Source: a virus (taxonomy: Duplodnaviria > Caudoviricetes). Taken from it: a DNA stretch of 34,294 bases. Position 1 is the stretch's first letter, and each line of letters starts with the position of its first letter. The translations under genes were made by a program, and so were the position numbers. Location: the IMG/VR virus record IMGVR_UViG_3300032283_000312, positions 1 through 34,294 of that record; one strand, given 5' to 3'. Below the pieces are notes generated by a model that saw only the letters and a list, made by a program, of their open reading frames with translations, did not search any database and had not been told where the DNA came from. Of the stretch, positions 7,688-16,920 are shown piece after piece.

Positions 7688-7992
7688 CCCTTTATTTCCC
7701 TATTGACCATACGGATCAAAGCCTTTCGACTTATCTTCGACGCATCAAATGTCTCCGTATATCCCCCTTGTGGCATATCTGCCTTATCCAGAAAATGTCC
7801 ATACTTGGAAGTAAGGGTTTGTACTACTAGGGATTCTATATGTCTTGCTTGATCCCGTTCGGAAAATGCCCAATACTTAATTAATATCCAACCCTTGGTC
7901 CTATGGGCTGCAAACCTTCTACCAGACACATCTGATATACCCACCTTAATAGCCTTGTGTATGGGGCTATAGAGTATGTATAGTAGGGTCAT
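7678..7992 (-). CDS. GIY-YIG superfamily (T5orf172-like) nuclease domain protein
   Basis: LYIL...IKVGIS...RRFAAH...ARHIE...GYTETF; TATAAT-N6-ATG gives start 7992. Confidence 0.7.
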   Translation of the reverse strand: MTLLYILYSPIHKAIKVGISDVSGRRFAAHRTKGWILIKYWAFSERDQARHIESLVVQTLTSKYGHFLDKADMPQGGYTETFDASKISRKALIRMVNREIKGFG

Positions 7993-8040
7993 GGGTCTAT
8001 TATACTTGACATACCCTGCTAATTTTGCTATACTTGGATT

Positions 8041-8199
8041 ATGCATATATTCAGAGTATCTTTACTAGATTACGCTACGGCATTTGATCTTGATATCTTT
8101 GCCTCAACTGAGAAAGAAGCCAGAGAAATGGCTATGAATGAAGAACCTAAAATGAACATTACGAAGGTGGTATGTTTGACCACTATTGAGTCCATATGA
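8041..8199 (+). CDS. Small hypothetical protein (52 aa)
   Basis: TTGACA(8006)-17-TATACT(8029)-N6-ATG. Confidence 0.6.
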   Translation: MHIFRVSLLDYATAFDLDIFASTEKEAREMAMNEEPKMNITKVVCLTTIESI

Positions 8200-8334
8200 A
8201 ACTACACTATGGCAAGATGACATCAAACTACGCTATTGGTATATATCTCCACAATTGGGGCTATCCAGTCAGACACGAATGGGAGATAGGTTTGTATCTC
8301 TTTCACTGGTATTTAGGTATAGATTTTTTTACTG

Positions 8335-8541
8335 ATGATTAATATGGAGATACCTGATCCATTCCAAACCTTTGTAGCCAACAAATATGCTAATGCTAAA
8401 GGCTATGTGCATGACTGGTTTAGTGGTGAATGGTCTTATAGGTGTTCTACTTGTAAGGAAGATCTTTCTGGTCCGTCCCGCAAAATATTGACAAAGATAC
8501 GCCTATACCACACTAGAAATGAGTGCTTAGGTGGATACTAA
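8335..8541 (+). CDS. Hypothetical Zn-finger-like protein
   Basis: YRCSTC...LYHTRNEC. Confidence 0.6.
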   Translation: MINMEIPDPFQTFVANKYANAKGYVHDWFSGEWSYRCSTCKEDLSGPSRKILTKIRLYHTRNECLGGY

Positions 8542-8822
8542 ATGTGATCATACTTGGTATATGAGAGAGCGTGGCATTACCTGTACAAAATGTCTAATGA
8601 TTTGGGAGAGTGATGAGGATAATAGTCTGTCCGATTTGTAAGAAGGAATGGGATCTAAGATGGGGTGTTTTTGGACACGACTCCCTTGCTAGGCATATGA
8701 AGGCTACTCACCAATAGTGCCCGTGTAGGGCATAGGAAGGTTTGTTACTTCTATTTTGCGCCGAACTTTAAAGCATAAAAAAACCCGCCTAATCAAAAGA
8801 ATAGACGGGCTAAATTATTTAA

Positions 8823-8990
8823 TTAAATCATTGTTGTTCCATCGGTAAAAGTAACTAAGCCTATTTCACAGTTTGGCGATGCTGCCTTTAATGCGTCAAC
8901 GGCTGCTCTTTTTTCTTCTTCTGTAACTGCTGCATTACGTAAATCGATTGCAGCCTGAACTGCTGCTGAGTTGTCTGATGATGTTGTCAT
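8823..8990 (-). CDS. Hypothetical protein
   Basis: TATAAT-N6-ATG; downstream hairpin plus U-tract at about 8777-8810 on the - strand. Confidence 0.6.
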   Translation of the reverse strand: MTTSSDNSAAVQAAIDLRNAAVTEEEKRAAVDALKAASPNCEIGLVTFTDGTTMI

Positions 8991-9046
8991 AAGACTATTA
9001 TAGCACAATATTTGACAACATTTTTTCTAGGTGGTATGATAGATAT

Positions 9047-9178
9047 ATGACATGTACAAAGTATGGGTGTGACTACCAATTAGACCTTGATGGCCAGGTA
9101 ACCTGTGCTGTCTGTGGGGCTATGGATGATGACAAGCAGCCTGTGGATATCTTTGAGTCCCAGGTTGACTTTGAGTAA
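9047..9178 (+). CDS. Small Zn-ribbon-like protein (43 aa)
   Basis: TTGACA..TATGAT-N6-ATG; CTKYGC...CAVC. Confidence 0.55.
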   Translation: MTCTKYGCDYQLDLDGQVTCAVCGAMDDDKQPVDIFESQVDFE

Positions 9179-9196
9179 TGGCTCTGATATAATAAT

Positions 9197-9388
9197 ATGA
9201 TGATAACATTAACTTTAATACTACTTACTTGGTATGCCACCAAATATTACTACACAAGAAAACTTACAATATCAAGGCCTGCTTCAGACCCTGATATGGT
9301 ACATGCTACTTGTGCTAAGTGTGCTCAAACCGTGTACACCCATGTTGATAATCTTCGTGTTCCATACTACTGTTTGCTTTGTAAGTAA
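9197..9388 (+). CDS. Membrane-anchored Zn-ribbon protein
   Basis: N-terminal hydrophobic helix; CAKC...CLLC. Confidence 0.6.
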   Translation: MMITLTLILLTWYATKYYYTRKLTISRPASDPDMVHATCAKCAQTVYTHVDNLRVPYYCLLCK

Positions 9389-9422
9389 TGACCAAGATTT
9401 TGCCATGGTGTATAATAGTTAT

Positions 9423-10031
9423 ATGCCATATATAGTTAATAATATTCCAGTAGGTCACGACCCAGAAGAAATTACTAGGGTAAAATCTTATAATGATTTT
9501 TTTGAACAGGTTGGAAATTCAGCATCAAATATTATATTAGTAAAAAATTTTTTGTCTGATGAAGAAATTAAGTACTTGTTTGACAATATGCATGAAAAAA
9601 ACAAAATGAGTTTTGAATCACAAAAAGATGAAAATGGCAATGCCGTAAACTGGATGCATATCTATACTGGTATACACGACAAGTTTGGCATCAGACATAG
9701 AATTGCAAAGACAATCGTAAGAGCATACAAGTTTAATCGTATAAAACCAAAAGAACCCCAACTTAGTGTTGCTAAATGGGAAACAGGAACTAAGTTAAAC
9801 TTACATGTAGATGATTTAGGATATGTTACAGATAATCATATTCCAACCTTGGTTTATTTAAACGATGATTATGAAGGTGGAGAAATTAGTTTTGCCACAC
9901 ACGATCTTGTTATTAAGCCTAAAGTTGGAGATCTTTTGATATTCCCTGGAAATATGCACTACGCTCATGAAGTTAAAGAAGTTCTTTCTGGAACTAGATA
10001 CACACTCCCTATTTGGTTTACGATAGTTTAA
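9423..10031 (+). CDS. 2OG-Fe(II) oxygenase (prolyl-hydroxylase-like)
   Basis: LHVD...YLNDDYEGGEI...FPG...HEV...RY; start from TATAAT-N6-ATG. Confidence 0.9.
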   Translation: MPYIVNNIPVGHDPEEITRVKSYNDFFEQVGNSASNIILVKNFLSDEEIKYLFDNMHEKNKMSFESQKDENGNAVNWMHIYTGIHDKFGIRHRIAKTIVRAYKFNRIKPKEPQLSVAKWETGTKLNLHVDDLGYVTDNHIPTLVYLNDDYEGGEISFATHDLVIKPKVGDLLIFPGNMHYAHEVKEVLSGTRYTLPIWFTIV

Positions 10032-10033
10032 AG

Positions 10034-10285
10034 ATGATGGATAGCACAAAGAAAAGAAAACTATTAGATGGTTCTGAAGTAGATGATTACGATCAGCCTA
10101 TTGATTTAATATTGCACACCAAGGCACCAGGAAAGTGGAAACTTATTGATCTTGAAACGGGGCAAGAGTATTTAGGTTCAGAGATATCTCATGAAACATT
10201 TGGAGAACTTCTAAGAAGCAAGGTGGCAAAAGCCAAGATAGGTTCTTGGTTTAAAACAAAAGGAAGAGTAATAAAAAATGGATAA
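10034..10285 (+). CDS. Hypothetical protein
   Basis: TKAPGKWKLIDLETGQEY motif; coupled to the next gene. Confidence 0.7.
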   Translation: MMDSTKKRKLLDGSEVDDYDQPIDLILHTKAPGKWKLIDLETGQEYLGSEISHETFGELLRSKVAKAKIGSWFKTKGRVIKNG

Positions 10286-11705
10286 TACAAATAAGCCTAT
10301 AACATTTCACTGGATGTGGAGAAGACACTGGCAAATAAATGACAGTATTGAAAACTTAGACCTTAATGGAATTATGAAGATGGCCAAAGAGTTAGACGGT
10401 GCTGGAGTAAAATCTGTTTTGCTTCCGTATGGTCCAGGTGGTATAGATTTTTCTTTGGTTATTTCAGACGCACTGAAGGCAACAGATCAACTAATTATGA
10501 CAATTGCATTACCAGCATACGGAACAAGCCCTGATTATGCTGCTAAGATTTGTGAGACACTAAATCGTTTTGCTCCTGGAAGAATTGGAGTAAACCTTGT
10601 TGCTGGAAGATGGGGAGACGAAGGAAATGACAAATCTGAAAAGATAGTTTTAGACCATTATATGCATGATCCATCACTCATTGACACCCTTGCAAAAAGA
10701 GTTTCAGTCTCTAAGGTTTGGATGGACAAAGTTATGGACTTAATGAAACATCATCAGCATAAAACTCATATGGCAGTAGTCGGTTCTTCAGACACTACAA
10801 TTGAAATAGCAAACAAGCATTGCGAATATATATATGTAGATGATAATCTATTATTTAAAGACCAGTTTAAAAAGATTGATCTTGGCAAGGTTAAACCTAT
10901 AGTTATTATTGATCCACTTATCATGAATCATCCAGATGACGAGAAGAACATTAAATATGATAAAAATGCACCAGTTAGACAGCAGCATCATCATGTAAAA
11001 GGCTCAGTTATTGATGTTGTTAGACAAATAAGACAATTATCACAGCAATTTGGCATTTATGACTTTATGATTCATACTGATCAAGAAGATATTAGCAATT
11101 TACTTAAATTAGTAAAAGAATTTAATAGCATTGTGCTACCAGAACACAAACAAATTGAACTATCTGAACTAACAAAAGAAAACTTTTCAAATATTGGAAC
11201 AAGTCCTGATAATATAAAAGTATTCAGTAATTACCTTGACAAAGAAGAATGTGAAAAGATTATAGGTTTAATTAAAGATACAGAAACAAGCAACAACCGT
11301 CCTCTTCAGCCTGATAACTCTGGTCAGGCCACACTATCTTTGCTGTATTATGACTCATTAGACTATTCAGAAAGATATATTCCTCAAATTAAAGAATTAG
11401 TAGAAAAAGAATATGGGGTAAGCCTAAAAGCAAGACATTCTCGTTTTGCTGAATGGGTGCACAACAATAGTCCATTAATACCAATAGATGATTTGGGCCA
11501 TAAAGATTCAAACCATTTGGCAGGCTGGGTATATCTAAATGATGATTATGAGGGTGGAGAGTTATCCTTTATTCATCAAAATTTATCTTTTAAGCCCAAG
11601 GCTGGTGATTTAGTCTTATTCCCTGGAAATATTCACTACTGGTATCATGTTGCTCCTGCAAATGGATCAAGGTATATTATGCCAATCTGGTTTGATTTTG
11701 TTTAA
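10278..11705 (+). CDS. Luciferase-like (SsuD-type) monooxygenase domain fused to a degenerate 2OG-Fe(II) oxygenase domain
   Basis: N-terminal ATDQL..IAL...SPDYAAKICETLNRFAPGRIGVNLVAG is the LLM-family pattern; C-terminal VYLNDDYEGGELSF...GDLVLFPG...SRY. Confidence 0.8.
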   Translation: MDNTNKPITFHWMWRRHWQINDSIENLDLNGIMKMAKELDGAGVKSVLLPYGPGGIDFSLVISDALKATDQLIMTIALPAYGTSPDYAAKICETLNRFAPGRIGVNLVAGRWGDEGNDKSEKIVLDHYMHDPSLIDTLAKRVSVSKVWMDKVMDLMKHHQHKTHMAVVGSSDTTIEIANKHCEYIYVDDNLLFKDQFKKIDLGKVKPIVIIDPLIMNHPDDEKNIKYDKNAPVRQQHHHVKGSVIDVVRQIRQLSQQFGIYDFMIHTDQEDISNLLKLVKEFNSIVLPEHKQIELSELTKENFSNIGTSPDNIKVFSNYLDKEECEKIIGLIKDTETSNNRPLQPDNSGQATLSLLYYDSLDYSERYIPQIKELVEKEYGVSLKARHSRFAEWVHNNSPLIPIDDLGHKDSNHLAGWVYLNDDYEGGELSFIHQNLSFKPKAGDLVLFPGNIHYWYHVAPANGSRYIMPIWFDFV

Positions 11706-11720
11706 TGGTATAATTATTAT

Positions 11721-11846
11721 ATGGAAAAAAGTAAATGTTTCTTTTGTAAAAATGACGCAACTCATTTTGACATTGTGGTAAATCATGAAGAATATATTGT
11801 TGCTGATGTATGCCTTGCTCACCTATCAATGGCCCTGACATCATGA
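11721..11846 (+). CDS. Small Zn-finger-like protein (41 aa)
   Basis: TATAAT-N6-ATG; CFFC...DVCLAH; ATGA overlap. Confidence 0.55.
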   Translation: MEKSKCFFCKNDATHFDIVVNHEEYIVADVCLAHLSMALTS

Positions 11847-12394
11847 ACAAGGTGCCATATTTAACAACATTTCCAAGAAGTGGTTCTCATTATTTTGATG
11901 AACTTATTTATAAAGAAGCAGGAATTCACATTGAAAAATCTCATGCAATAAATTCATTGTTTGACAAAAACAACAACAAGGAAAGAACACTAATTACAAT
12001 AGTAAGAAATCCAATAGATAGTGTTGTTTCATATATAGCAAATGAACAAAGTAGAATAAAACTGCCTATGGATGTTTTAAAGATAAGAATTAATCAAATT
12101 TTAACAGAATATATTATTATGCATAATTTTTTGTATGAGTATGCAGATTATATTATTGATTTTAATGATCTTATAACATATCCAGATTCTGTAACTAAAA
12201 AAATTCTAAACCTTTTAGAAATAAATAAAGAAGATTATAAATTTTTTGATACAAGCGTACATGTGTACGCAAAAGAATATGTTCCATCAAGTAAAATCTT
12301 GTCATCATACAAAAAAGATATCTTAGATAGTTTTAATACTGATTTGTGCTATTTTTATTACAACAAGATTTTAGAAAAAAAGATTATCCCATAA
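11843..12394 (+). CDS. Sulfotransferase-like P-loop protein
   Basis: TFPRSGSHY (5'-PSB-like) and VRNPIDSVVSY (3'-PB-like). Confidence 0.75.
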   Translation: MNKVPYLTTFPRSGSHYFDELIYKEAGIHIEKSHAINSLFDKNNNKERTLITIVRNPIDSVVSYIANEQSRIKLPMDVLKIRINQILTEYIIMHNFLYEYADYIIDFNDLITYPDSVTKKILNLLEINKEDYKFFDTSVHVYAKEYVPSSKILSSYKKDILDSFNTDLCYFYYNKILEKKIIP

Positions 12395-12434
12395 TAAATT
12401 TGACGAAAACAAGACACTAAGGTATACTAAATAT

Positions 12435-12665
12435 ATGGAACAATTTATGCAAGACTATGCCTCTTGGGTGCTTGCTGTCATCGGGGTTACAGGTATCTTT
12501 TTTGTTGGACGCAAAACTATCTGGGGATGGTATGTTTTGTTGTTTAACGAATCCCTTTGGATAGCCTATGCTATTTATACTGATCAATATGGATTTATTT
12601 TTAGTGCCCTTGCATATGCAGCAGTCTATATTAAGTCATACCTCCATTGGAAACAAGACGAATGA
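12435..12665 (+). CDS. Small three-helix membrane protein (PnuC-like half)
   Basis: GRKTIWGW...LWIAYA...QYGF...Y..W pattern. Confidence 0.55.
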   Translation: MEQFMQDYASWVLAVIGVTGIFFVGRKTIWGWYVLLFNESLWIAYAIYTDQYGFIFSALAYAAVYIKSYLHWKQDE

Positions 12666-12879
12666 ACAATAACAACTGTTCTATTTGCAATCTAGATAAA
12701 GAATCAGAGTGGTTTTGGAATGCTCATCAAACAATGAGTGATGGAAAGATTTGGTGTGTCAATGCCAAAAGATCCTAAGATAATGACTATGGATTGGCGT
12801 TTGCTAGGCTACTGGCCTGTGTGGAAAGACGGTAAAAAAGTCTGGGAAAAAGATAATAAAAATAAGGATACAATAAATT

Positions 12880-13884
12880 ATGACTAATATCACAAGAAAC
12901 ATTTTAGATTTTTATAAAGAAAATGAATCAAACAGTTTGTATTTAAAAAAATTGTTTACAAATACAAGCAATCTTGGCTATTATGGGCCATATGCACAAA
13001 ATGTTGTTGATACTAGGTGGAATGGAAAAGATCCCTATATTGGAACAATTGACGAAATCAATACATACAACATTAATGAATTTGGTTTTCGTGGAGAGGC
13101 TTATAAAGACTCCGATGTAGTTGTATCTGGTTGTTCTATAACTTTTGGTATAGGTGTTCCAGAATCAGGCCGATGGGCAAACCTTTTAAGCAATAAAATT
13201 AATAAAAAAGTTATGAATTTAGGAAGTCCTGGAGCATCTGCAGAAAGTATATCTACTAAGACTATTCAATATTGTTTAAACAATAAAATGCCAAAACAAA
13301 TTTTTTGTTTATTTCCAGATTTTTTTAGAAGAATGGTTGTAGCAGATAAAGAATTTTATAAAACAAAAGGAAACAGTTGGGCAGAAAAACAAAATCATTT
13401 AGAATATGTTTTTTGTAATCCAAGGGTTAGTGTATACGATAGTAATTCTTTTTTTATGGAAGTTGAAGATCAAAAGTATATAGAAGACTCAGTTTCTCCA
13501 CATCAACTAATTGTAGACTCAATAAATGCAATTTATGCCTTAGAGTCATTTTGCTCATCAAATGACATAGAGTTGCATTGGACAACATGGGACTTATCAA
13601 CTGCTTTGCTTATGGAAAATTTAGTTAAACTTAAAGATTTTAAATTAAAAAACTATACACCATTTTTCCCACCTAAAACAGAAATGCAAGTGGGTAGTTT
13701 TATATCAAAGTCTTGTCAATCAAATCACAATTCTGATTTTATCAACAATGTTTGTTGGGGTGTTGGGTCTGATTACTCAATAGTGAACAGCAAAAAGGTA
13801 ACCAATACTGCTCATCCAGGAATTCATTTTCATGAGCATTTTGCAGATTTCTTTTATAATTTATCAAAACAAAACAATGAATAA
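12880..13884 (+). CDS. SGNH/GDSL-like hydrolase or acyltransferase domain protein
   Basis: GFRG..., GCSITFG, NLGSPGAS, HPGIHFH. Confidence 0.6.
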   Translation: MTNITRNILDFYKENESNSLYLKKLFTNTSNLGYYGPYAQNVVDTRWNGKDPYIGTIDEINTYNINEFGFRGEAYKDSDVVVSGCSITFGIGVPESGRWANLLSNKINKKVMNLGSPGASAESISTKTIQYCLNNKMPKQIFCLFPDFFRRMVVADKEFYKTKGNSWAEKQNHLEYVFCNPRVSVYDSNSFFMEVEDQKYIEDSVSPHQLIVDSINAIYALESFCSSNDIELHWTTWDLSTALLMENLVKLKDFKLKNYTPFFPPKTEMQVGSFISKSCQSNHNSDFINNVCWGVGSDYSIVNSKKVTNTAHPGIHFHEHFADFFYNLSKQNNE

Positions 13885-14176
13885 CATAACTAGGATTGAA
13901 AAAACCAAGATCCTACCATTACGATGGATAGGAAATTTCTGTGGGGAATATGCTGGTAATCATTTAGTTAAGGCTATTGACTTAGATGAGTCTTTAGATA
14001 GTCAGTTAGGGTTACGCTTTAAATACCACGCAAAAATGTGGAAGTATCTTAACAAACCTTACGAACTGTGGGGAACTTATTATGAACTTGATATCAAAGG
14101 ATTACAAGAAGACCTAAAAGGTTCTGGTTGGGACGACTATGATGAGTTTGGTAAGGCGTACTGGGATAAAGATTAA
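13877..14176 (+). CDS. Hypothetical protein
   Basis: Start MNNI overlaps the previous stop. Confidence 0.65.
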   Translation: MNNITRIEKTKILPLRWIGNFCGEYAGNHLVKAIDLDESLDSQLGLRFKYHAKMWKYLNKPYELWGTYYELDIKGLQEDLKGSGWDDYDEFGKAYWDKD

Positions 14177-14409
14177 GCAATACTGCCAGAACCAGTTACT
14201 GATCCTGCGCCGTCTATACCTTTAGGCATATTGTATACTTCCCAGTTGTCTGTATATCCTGGAGCATATCCTGGGTTTCCACCATTTGTGACTCTGATGT
14301 AGTATGCTCCGTTAATTCCGTATGGGTTGCCATCTGTAAGGACTACTGCGCCTAATGGATACGATACTCCATTATTGTATTCGCCCTGATAATTTGGTGG
14401 AAGTGCCAT
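14173..14409 (-). CDS. Small protein with carbohydrate-binding-module-like (CBM5/12-like) pattern
   Basis: YQGEYNNGVSYPLGAVV...YYI...PG...W; TAATG coupling. Confidence 0.45.
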   Translation of the reverse strand: MALPPNYQGEYNNGVSYPLGAVVLTDGNPYGINGAYYIRVTNGGNPGYAPGYTDNWEVYNMPKGIDGAGSVTGSGSIA

Positions 14410-14801
14410 TATGAAACCCAACTAATCGTAAAGTTAAGATATTCAATTTGATGATTTGTAATTCCATTTTCTTGAATCCATGTATCAAGAGGCATATAAC
14501 CATCAACAGGCAGTGGAATTAGTTGAGTTGGTGTTCTTAATGCACCAAATTTTTGACCGTTTAGATTTGAGTAGCCACCTGTAAGTCCAGATACTGTTAG
14601 CAATCTTGCTTCTCCTACTGGCCAATGATTAATGACATTGTCTGGTGCTTGATCATACCATTCCATCGTGTTATATGTAAAATATGCACCTGCGAAAGAT
14701 CCGCCAGTTGCTGTTAGATTTGCTGAGTATACTGTTCCTGCACTGCCCATAATGTTTCCTGAGCCTGTTATTGTTCCTGCATTTACAATTGAATTAGTCA
14801 T
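14409..14801 (-). CDS. Hypothetical Gly/Thr/Asn-rich protein, possibly virion-associated
   Basis: 130 aa, TATAAT-N6-ATG. Confidence 0.65.
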   Translation of the reverse strand: MTNSIVNAGTITGSGNIMGSAGTVYSANLTATGGSFAGAYFTYNTMEWYDQAPDNVINHWPVGEARLLTVSGLTGGYSNLNGQKFGALRTPTQLIPLPVDGYMPLDTWIQENGITNHQIEYLNFTISWVS

Positions 14802-14857
14802 AGGATAATTATATCATTTGTTTTGACATTCAGGCGGTATTGGTGTATACTTGATGT

Positions 14858-15031
14858 ATGAGTATAGACGAAATGACATTACGAGAAGAGATTGCAAGGG
14901 CTATAGAAGCCCTACCTATTGAGGCAGCAGTAACAAATGCTTTGGGCATGCGTATTGAGGCTGCAAAAGTTGCAAGGGGAGAAGATAATTATATGACCGA
15001 ATTTTTTGATAGACAGGAGGCTTACGAATGA
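14858..15031 (+). CDS. Small hypothetical protein (57 aa)
   Basis: TTGACA..TATACT-N6-ATG. Confidence 0.6.
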   Translation: MSIDEMTLREEIARAIEALPIEAAVTNALGMRIEAAKVARGEDNYMTEFFDRQEAYE

Positions 15032-15117
15032 TTAGTTTATTTTTCTTAATTCCAGCATTTATTGCGGGATATGTAGCATGTTATTTTATTATGACATACA
15101 AGGTCAATCAAAATTAA
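15028..15117 (+). CDS. 29 aa membrane peptide
   Basis: AGGAGG SD, ATGA overlap, hydrophobic. Confidence 0.55.
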   Translation: MISLFFLIPAFIAGYVACYFIMTYKVNQN

Positions 15118-15562
15118 GCCTCTTGCGTACATCTTTGACGTAGATGGAACCTTGGCTAATGTAGATCCTTACCTTCACTATGTTCGTGGCTCTGATAGGG
15201 ACTACGATGCTTTTCATGAGGCTTCTGTGGATGCCCTGCCAAATTTTGAAGTAGTTCAGATGCTTAATGAAGCATTCTTTGATCAAATGCATGTTCTTAT
15301 TGTTACATCTCGCAAAGAAAAATATCGTGGACTGACCTCTTATTGGCTTGCTAAAAATGATATTAGCCATCATGCGTTATATATGCGTAAGGATGATGAC
15401 AATAGACCAGACTATGAGGTTAAGAAAGATATCTTACTTAGTATTAAGAAACATTGGAATATTTTCCATGCAGTGGATGATAACCCTAATGTAATTAGAT
15501 TATGGGAAGAGCACGGAATTCCTACTACCAAGATTGGAACCTGGGATGGGGACAAGTCTTGA
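15113..15562 (+). CDS. HAD-family phosphatase (polynucleotide kinase 3'-phosphatase-like domain); start non-canonical or uncertain
   Basis: IFDVDGTLA, VTSR, MR..DNRPD..VK and VDDNPNV motifs; the DxD motif lies upstream of the first TTG (15152). Confidence 0.85.
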   Translation: MKPLAYIFDVDGTLANVDPYLHYVRGSDRDYDAFHEASVDALPNFEVVQMLNEAFFDQMHVLIVTSRKEKYRGLTSYWLAKNDISHHALYMRKDDDNRPDYEVKKDILLSIKKHWNIFHAVDDNPNVIRLWEEHGIPTTKIGTWDGDKS

Positions 15563-15593
15563 CATGTGCCCTCAAATATGATATGATTAGTTT

Positions 15594-15731
15594 ATGAGCA
15601 AACGAGTTAAGAAAATTTACAAGTGCATTGAATGTGATACTATGATTACTATTGTAACTAAGGTTCACGAACTTCCAGAATCAATAATTTGTCCTTGTGA
15701 CAATGTAGCAGAAAACCAAGGTGCAAAGTGA
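15594..15731 (+). CDS. Small Zn-ribbon protein (45 aa)
   Basis: TTGACA..TATGAT-N6-ATG; YKCIEC...CPC. Confidence 0.55.
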   Translation: MSKRVKKIYKCIECDTMITIVTKVHELPESIICPCDNVAENQGAK

Positions 15732-16056
15732 AAAAGTCTAACAACAAAGTCTCTCAACATAAAATTAAGAGGGCAAATAAAAATAAAAAAAGAGTCCAGG
15801 CAAAACCATCTTTATCTAAATTTGAAAGACAGCAGGCTGCTTTAAGATCAAAAATTATTGGTCAGTCTATGTTTGAAGCATCTCAAAATATTTAGGAGAT
15901 ATATAATTGGTAGATCAAGAAGAGTTAAACAACTTATCAAAAGAATTAAAGAGTCACATTATTAAAGAACATATGAAAACATACTACTATTCTACTGTTG
16001 GAATTTTATGTTTTTTGCTTGGCATATTACTTGGCTTACTTATTAAATAAGGTCTA

Positions 16057-16130
16057 GCACCAGTAGCCAAGTTGGTTAAGGCACCGAACTCATAATTCGG
16101 CTATCGTAGGTTCAAGTCCTACCTGGTGTA
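16057..16130 (+). tRNA. tRNA with CAT anticodon (elongator Met or lysidine-modified Ile2)
   Basis: Acceptor GCACCAG/CTGGTGT, CCGAA-CTCATAA-TTCGG, T-loop TTCAAGT; not initiator-like. Confidence 0.92.
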
Positions 16131-16155
16131 CTCGCTTTTAGTGTATAATGGAAGA

Positions 16156-16701
16156 ATGATTAATAAAGATATACCTCATTTACTTACATATCCCAGAAGT
16201 GGGTCTCATTTTTTTATGGATACTCTTTATGAAATGGAAAAAATTAATTTTACTAAATCTCATTTTTTAGATCAACTTTTTGATAAGGATAATAATAAAC
16301 AAAGAAAAATAATAACGATAGCAAGAGATCCGATTGATAGTATTTCCTCTTATTTAGCGCTCAATAAAGAGCGCAAGATACAGGATGAATTCTCAATTGT
16401 TCAAAAGACAACAGACTATGTGTTAATGTATTCTTTTTTATGTGAAAATGCAGACTATGTTATAGATTTTAATGATCTTATAACAGATCCAGATTCTGTA
16501 ATCAAAACAATACTAGATTTATTAAACATAGATAAAAATAAATACCACAACTTTTCTAGACACGCCATTCCTAAATATAAAAATTTTATTCCATCTAGCA
16601 AAGAATTGATAAATTACAACAAAAACATTTTAGATAGTTTTAATACTGATTTATGTTATTTTTATTATAACAAACTTTTAGAAAAGAAAATTATAATTTA
16701 A
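16156..16701 (+). CDS. Sulfotransferase-like P-loop protein, paralog of 11843..12394
   Basis: TYPRSGSHF, ARDPIDSISSY; shared ILDSFNTDLCYFYYNK tail; TATAAT-N6-ATG. Confidence 0.75.
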   Translation: MINKDIPHLLTYPRSGSHFFMDTLYEMEKINFTKSHFLDQLFDKDNNKQRKIITIARDPIDSISSYLALNKERKIQDEFSIVQKTTDYVLMYSFLCENADYVIDFNDLITDPDSVIKTILDLLNIDKNKYHNFSRHAIPKYKNFIPSSKELINYNKNILDSFNTDLCYFYYNKLLEKKIII

Positions 16702-16756
16702 TATTATTTATAACTTTACAAACTTGTTTGATTAATGTATACTGTATATATATCTT

Positions 16757-16829
16757 GTCTCCATCGTCTAGTGGCCTAGGACTCTGCCCTTTCACGGCAG
16801 CAACACGGATTCAAATTCCGTTGGAGATA
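16757..16829 (+). tRNA. tRNA-Glu(TTC)
   Basis: Acceptor GTCTCCA/TGGAGAT, CTGCC-CTTTCAC-GGCAG. Confidence 0.92.
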
Positions 16830-16833
16830 CAAT

Positions 16834-16906
16834 ACCTCTGTAGTTCAGTGGACAGAACGATGGACTTCTAAGCCATGCGTCGCAAGTTCGATTCTTGCCA
16901 GGGGTG
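16834..16906 (+). tRNA. tRNA-Arg(TCT)
   Basis: Acceptor ACCTCTG/CAGGGGT, loop CTTCTAA, T-loop TTCGATT; A-G mismatch at the loop-closing pair of the anticodon stem. Confidence 0.9.
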
Positions 16907-16920
16907 CTATAATTAGGTCT

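Noticed and set aside
7631-7852. 73-aa + strand ORF
   Set aside because: Runs through the tRNA-like element and antisense to the GIY-YIG-like gene.
16834-16906. Possible amber-suppressor tRNA (CTA in the loop) and genetic-code reassignment
   Set aside because: The centred anticodon is TCT, and TAG, TGA and TAA all end intact recognisable genes.
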